Shown: in pieces, positions 41,091 to 44,211 of the stretch | How positions within the stretch are numbered: the stretch's first letter is position 1 | How the letters are laid out: each line of letters starts with the position of its first letter | Virus record (IMG/VR): IMGVR_UViG_3300032030_000149 | Source of the DNA: a virus | Length of the DNA stretch: 44,211 bases | Direction: 5' to 3' (one strand) | Notes under the pieces: generated by a model | Databases searched by the model: none | What the model was told of the DNA's origin: nothing | Seen by the model: only the letters and a program-made list of their open reading frames with translations | Translations under genes and position numbers: made by a program

Positions 41091-41345
41091 ATGGAAGGTT
41101 ATACGATTTATTTTGAAGAATATATGAAGGCTATTACAGAATCAAAATGGCCGATCGTTGAAGATCAACGCGGATTCGTTGATGAATCCGGGTGCCGTCG
41201 TTACACCATGACGTATGACGAATTGCAATCCATGTATAAACAGATGGAAAAATTTTGTTGCCGATTGCACGCAACAGGAATACCAAGAAAACAAGGAATC
41301 GATAATTGGTGTTTTTACCCTATTACACAAACATATCAACGCTGA
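41091..41345 (+). CDS. Hypothetical early protein (84 aa)
   Basis: ORF track. Confidence 0.5.
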   Translation: MEGYTIYFEEYMKAITESKWPIVEDQRGFVDESGCRRYTMTYDELQSMYKQMEKFCCRLHATGIPRKQGIDNWCFYPITQTYQR

Positions 41346-41359
41346 AATTTTCAAATGAA

Positions 41360-41905
41360 ATGGAAACGAATATTATAATAGAGGAATTGGAAAACATTGC
41401 CGGCATGTTGGCCGGCACCAAACAAGAATACTATTACCAACAGAAAGTTGCCGATGCCCTGGTTGTCGAATGTGTTCGTATGCGTGAAGTTTTCAGCCGT
41501 GAAGAAATGCGGTTCTTGCGTGAATTCTACAATCCGCAACAAAAACATTGCTATCGCAATGCGTCAACACTCGTTAAACTAATGTCACATCCATTGGCGA
41601 AAAACATGTTTAAAAAACCGGTCAAATACGTCGAAGGTTACGCGTATGCCGCCGGCCTGCTTCCGATCGAACACGCATTTGTCAAGTATGACGAAGAATA
41701 CATTGACCCGACGTTTGAACGGGCGTTGAAACTTGATGTCCGTAAAGAAATGTACGTTTCGCTGATTGAATTGGAACCTGCAACAATGATGAAATATGAG
41801 TTGGAAACGGGTTGTTACGGCGAATTGTACAAATACGATTATTGTTGTAAAAACGATCCGTCAATGGCCGAAAGAATCCGTGCCATGAATCCCAATAAAC
41901 AGTAA
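41360..41905 (+). CDS. Transglutaminase-like / papain-fold cysteine protease-like early protein (181 aa)
   Basis: QQKHCYRNASTLVKLM … VKYVEGYAYAAGLLPIEHAFVKYDEEYIDPT reproduces the C … V.GY … H.(F/W)V … (I/F)DPT layout of transglutaminase-core domains. The ATG at 41360 (METNIII) lies after the upstream stop. Confidence 0.5.
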   Translation: METNIIIEELENIAGMLAGTKQEYYYQQKVADALVVECVRMREVFSREEMRFLREFYNPQQKHCYRNASTLVKLMSHPLAKNMFKKPVKYVEGYAYAAGLLPIEHAFVKYDEEYIDPTFERALKLDVRKEMYVSLIELEPATMMKYELETGCYGELYKYDYCCKNDPSMAERIRAMNPNKQ

Positions 41906-41911
41906 TCAAAA

Positions 41912-41946
41912 GAGAAACCAGGCTTGGTCACGTGGCCTGGTTTCTC
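41912..41946 (+). other. 12-bp perfect hairpin (gagaaaccaggc / gcctggtttctc), 11-nt loop, no 3' T-run
   Basis: Read by eye, 7 nt after the stop of 41360..41905. It has an A-run 5' and no U-tract 3'. Possibly a terminator or RNA-stability element. Confidence 0.45.
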
Positions 41947-42043
41947 AAAGTGACTCGATGGCGATACGAAAGACGCGACAAAGATAGGAAATGTTTGGAA
42001 ATTTGAGGTGGATTTCAGCTAAAAAACAATGCGTTTTAAATTA

Positions 42044-42144
42044 AAACAAAAAAAACATAATAAAATATTTGGTAATTAAAAAAACATCTTTATATTTACA
42101 TCGGAAAATCAAGACCCCGACCGGGCGGCTACCCGGAACAAGTT
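42044..42144 (+). promoter_or_regulatory. Promoter-plus-leader element, copy 3, diverged (-33 TTTG 42068-42071; -7 TATATTTA 42091-42098; leader hairpin CCGGG/CCCGG 42121-42136)
   Basis: Same 19-nt spacer, with shared ATTAAAAAA between the boxes, CATCG after the -7 box, and a CAA..CCCC…GGGCGG…CCCG leader. Confidence 0.55.
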
Positions 42145-42585
42145 ATGACATTCAAAAACGATGAAAATTTACAATTATTGACGATGGCCGCAATTGCGGT
42201 GAACGGAAAGGAAACTGACGCGGAAAAACATGGCCGCGAACTGTACGACGGTCTAGTGGATGCCGGATTGATGGAAGATACAATGGATAATGTTGGTCTT
42301 ACAATCAAAAAGGCACTCGGAAACCAACACGTCAAAGATGTTTGTAATTTCCTTTGCTCAATATATGGAATACCGATCCCATCCGGATTGTTCGATGTGT
42401 TCTGCAAATTGGAAATCGTGTCCGAGGGTTGCCCGGAATGTGGCGGAAAATTGGAGTTTTGCGAAACAGAGGGACACGAATTGAATGATGGCGACTATTG
42501 GACGCCCAATTCTTGGGTTGTTGACTTTTACGTTTATAGATGTGCCTATTGTGGCGAAACAATTAAAACTGAAAAAGAGTTATGA
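42145..42585 (+). CDS. Acidic early protein with a C-terminal zinc ribbon (146 aa)
   Basis: CPECGGKLEFC … YRCAYCGETIK (two CxxC pairs); Asp/Glu-rich. Confidence 0.6.
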   Translation: MTFKNDENLQLLTMAAIAVNGKETDAEKHGRELYDGLVDAGLMEDTMDNVGLTIKKALGNQHVKDVCNFLCSIYGIPIPSGLFDVFCKLEIVSEGCPECGGKLEFCETEGHELNDGDYWTPNSWVVDFYVYRCAYCGETIKTEKEL

Positions 42586-42812
42586 TTAGAATTGAACAGG
42601 CGTTGGCCCGCGCAAAAGAACAGGGCAAGAAAGTTCGAAAAAAGGATCTGGCAGAGAAATTATGGCCGGATTCAGACCCGGTTGCCCAGCAGGTCAACAT
42701 GACGGGATTGTGTAACGGAAAAACATCACGTATCAAACCGGAGTGGGTTAAGATCATTTGTGAGATGACCGGATGTACGGCCGATTTTTTGTTAGGAATT
42801 TCAAATGAATAA
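42582..42812 (+). CDS. XRE/Cro-type HTH transcriptional regulator (76 aa)
   Basis: …VRKKDLAEKLW…QQVNMTGLCNGKTSRIKPEWVKIICEMTGCTADFLLGI is the typical HTH_3 pattern. ATGA junction. Confidence 0.7.
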   Translation: MIRIEQALARAKEQGKKVRKKDLAEKLWPDSDPVAQQVNMTGLCNGKTSRIKPEWVKIICEMTGCTADFLLGISNE

Positions 42813-42990
42813 AGTCATGAAAAAAGAAAATCTTTTGGATTTGTTTTGGGCCATTGTGTGGGGCCTTGTTACCGTGTTGGCCATTGTCGGTATCTTCTGG
42901 AACCCGTCTTCGGTAATAAGTGCGGTATTGTCAGGATGTATGTTCGCGGTTTTTGTCGTCGAATACATCAAGGAAAAAAGGAAAAACTAA
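42805..42990 (+). CDS. Small two-TM membrane protein (61 aa)
   Basis: LLDLFWAIVWGLVTVLAIVGIFW and VISAVLSGCMFAVFVVEYI. Confidence 0.55.
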   Translation: MNKVMKKENLLDLFWAIVWGLVTVLAIVGIFWNPSSVISAVLSGCMFAVFVVEYIKEKRKN

Positions 42991-43008
42991 CCATTAAAAA
43001 GCGATACG

Positions 43009-44211
43009 ATGAAACACGAAGAACAATTTGAAAACACAGAAAAAAATGAAAATGTAACAGAGGTTTTCCCGGGAATGACCGTTGAGGAAATCCGCGCTGT
43101 ATTCTTCAATGCCGATGCGTTGAAAGAACCGCCATACAGGGTTTTCCAACTCAATTCAGACGGATATCGGTACTATTACCGTTACAACGAGTTCGGGGAG
43201 CCTGAATTCTACCCTTCTGTCACGACATTGCTAAAACAAGTCATGCCAACGCCGCCGGCATTGTTGGATTGGATTGCCGCCAATGGCAAGGAGGGTTCGA
43301 CGGAGAAACGCGACATTGCCGCTGCATACGGAACGTTCATGCACGCCCAATTTGAGACTTTGTTAATCAACAGGCGTTATGATTTTGACAACGTTCCGTC
43401 TGTTTTGTCTGAATACATGGAGCGAGAAATCGTACCGGAATCACTGTTTTCTCAATGGGTTGTCAAGATCAGGAAAGATGTTTTGGCATTCGCCCAGTTT
43501 GTCAAGGACTACAACATTAAACCGTTGGCCGTTGAGATCGGTCTGGTGCATCCGCATTTTCATTACGCCGGGTGTCTGGACTTGCCATGTGTAATGACTG
43601 ATCCGAAGACGGGAAAGACGTTCACTGCAATAGTGGATTTCAAGAGTGGCCGCAAGGGTTTCTACGAGGAACACGAATTGCAGTTGCATTTGTACCGGGA
43701 AATGTGGAATGTCAATTTTGAGAACGTCCAGATTGAGCGTGTGTTCAACTTTTCTCCGAAAGATTGGCGCGGTGCCAAGCCGACGTACAATTTGAAAGAT
43801 CAAACCGATTCGGCAAATGCCAAGAAGTTGCCCTATCTGTTGGCACTGGCCACGATCGAGGATGAAAAGCGCGACAATACGTTGACAATCGTTCATGGCG
43901 TTTTGGAACTTGACCGTGGTAAGATTGCAGACAACGTGTTAACGCTGTCGCTTGCTGAACTTATCCGTTCAAAAAAGGATGCAAAAGACACCCCGGAACG
44001 TCCGGCCAACGCACCGGAACCAGCACAAGAACCGGAAACGCCAAAAAGGGCCGCAAAATCGCGCGGAAAACGCACGAAAGAATCGGAAATGATAAATACA
44101 TCATCCGAAACGCAAAGCGCTCTAAAAAACGAAATTTCGGAAAAATTACCGATCGAGAATGAGCCAACGCCGGAACAATTAGCGGAAGTCGCAAAACAGG
44201 CAGAGAAGGAA
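43009..44211 (+). CDS. PD-(D/E)XK (RecB/lambda-Exo-like) exonuclease, partial at the window end (continues at 1..157; ~410 aa in total)
   Basis: Not in the ORF track because no stop is reached. Hand translation from ATG 43009: MKHEEQFENTE…YAGCLDLPCVM…FTAIVDFKSGRKGFYEEHELQLHLY… gives the D…D-x-K…QxxxY signature. It has a Lys/Pro/Glu-rich C-terminal tail. Confidence 0.7.
   Translation, partial: MKHEEQFENTEKNENVTEVFPGMTVEEIRAVFFNADALKEPPYRVFQLNSDGYRYYYRYNEFGEPEFYPSVTTLLKQVMPTPPALLDWIAANGKEGSTEKRDIAAAYGTFMHAQFETLLINRRYDFDNVPSVLSEYMEREIVPESLFSQWVVKIRKDVLAFAQFVKDYNIKPLAVEIGLVHPHFHYAGCLDLPCVMTDPKTGKTFTAIVDFKSGRKGFYEEHELQLHLYREMWNVNFENVQIERVFNFSPKDWRGAKPTYNLKDQTDSANAKKLPYLLALATIEDEKRDNTLTIVHGVLELDRGKIADNVLTLSLAELIRSKKDAKDTPERPANAPEPAQEPETPKRAAKSRGKRTKESEMINTSSETQSALKNEISEKLPIENEPTPEQLAEVAKQAEKE
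44085..44211. repeat. Terminal direct repeat, copy 2 (identical to 1..127)
   Basis: See copy 1. Confidence 0.95.

Noticed and set aside
41011-41127. 38-aa ORF (MARYDKYHIQWNKDQLQPIPFWLTINKWKVIRFILKNI) in the gap before 41091, overlapping it
   Set aside because: It is too short and overlaps the start of the 84-aa ORF. I have no way to choose between them from sequence alone, so it is left unannotated.
8791-42144. The three repeated elements as a possible CRISPR array or transposon ends
   Set aside because: There are only three copies, tens of kb apart, all in the same orientation, each immediately upstream of an operon and containing promoter boxes. There is no regular repeat-spacer periodicity and no transposase.
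42582-42812. The XRE HTH as evidence of a lysogeny (CI/Cro) switch
   Set aside because: There is no divergent repressor gene, no integrase or excisionase, and no minus-strand genes. A single small HTH in an early operon is equally compatible with a virulent phage.

Overview
The window is one complete tailed dsDNA phage genome. Bases 1-127 recur exactly as bases 44085-44211, so the unique length is 44,084 bp, and the ORF that opens at 43009 closes at 157. All 60 coding regions I can support, plus two gene remnants, lie on the + strand, packed tightly with many ATGA/TGATG stop-start overlaps. Several promoter-like sequences fit the Bacteroides-type -33 TTTG / -7 TAnnTTTG consensus, and most starts sit in A-rich, Shine-Dalgarno-poor contexts, so a Bacteroidota host is my inference. 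Layout: (1) early/accessory genes run from 40.7 kb through the wrap to 3.1 kb and include a transglutaminase-like protein, a Zn-ribbon protein plus XRE HTH, a PD-(D/E)XK exonuclease, a possible phiC31-gp3-like protein and an accessory cassette. (2) DNA modification, replication and recombination genes occupy 3.1-15.4 kb: two methyltransferases, a wHTH initiator, a radical SAM enzyme, a RuvC-like resolvase, an SMC-like ATPase, a DnaQ-like exonuclease, a His-Me nuclease, SSB and an ASCH protein. (3) Packaging and head genes occupy 15.5-25.4 kb: terS, terL, putative portal, scaffold and major capsid. (4) Tail genes occupy 26-38.4 kb: a 1161-aa tape measure, an 845-aa tail protein and a 1255-aa fibre. 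(5) Lysis genes occupy 38.4-40.4 kb: holin, amidase and a TM/coiled-coil protein. I found no integrase, DNA polymerase, helicase, primase, reverse transcriptase, CRISPR array or intact tRNA. Items most worth follow-up: a promoter-plus-leader element present three times with a conserved small GC hairpin; exact 13-17 nt sequence modules shared next to the start codons of unrelated genes; a 1.9-kb cassette bracketed by 67-bp direct repeats and ending in a truncated HNH gene; candidate origin iterons inside the initiator gene; a radical SAM gene in the replication module; a sharply low-GC distal tail-fibre module carrying an NlpC/P60-like Cys/His motif; a signal-peptide 'moron' in the structural operon; and early-operon candidates for host takeover or anti-defence. 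All functional calls come from motif recognition by eye; no database search was possible.
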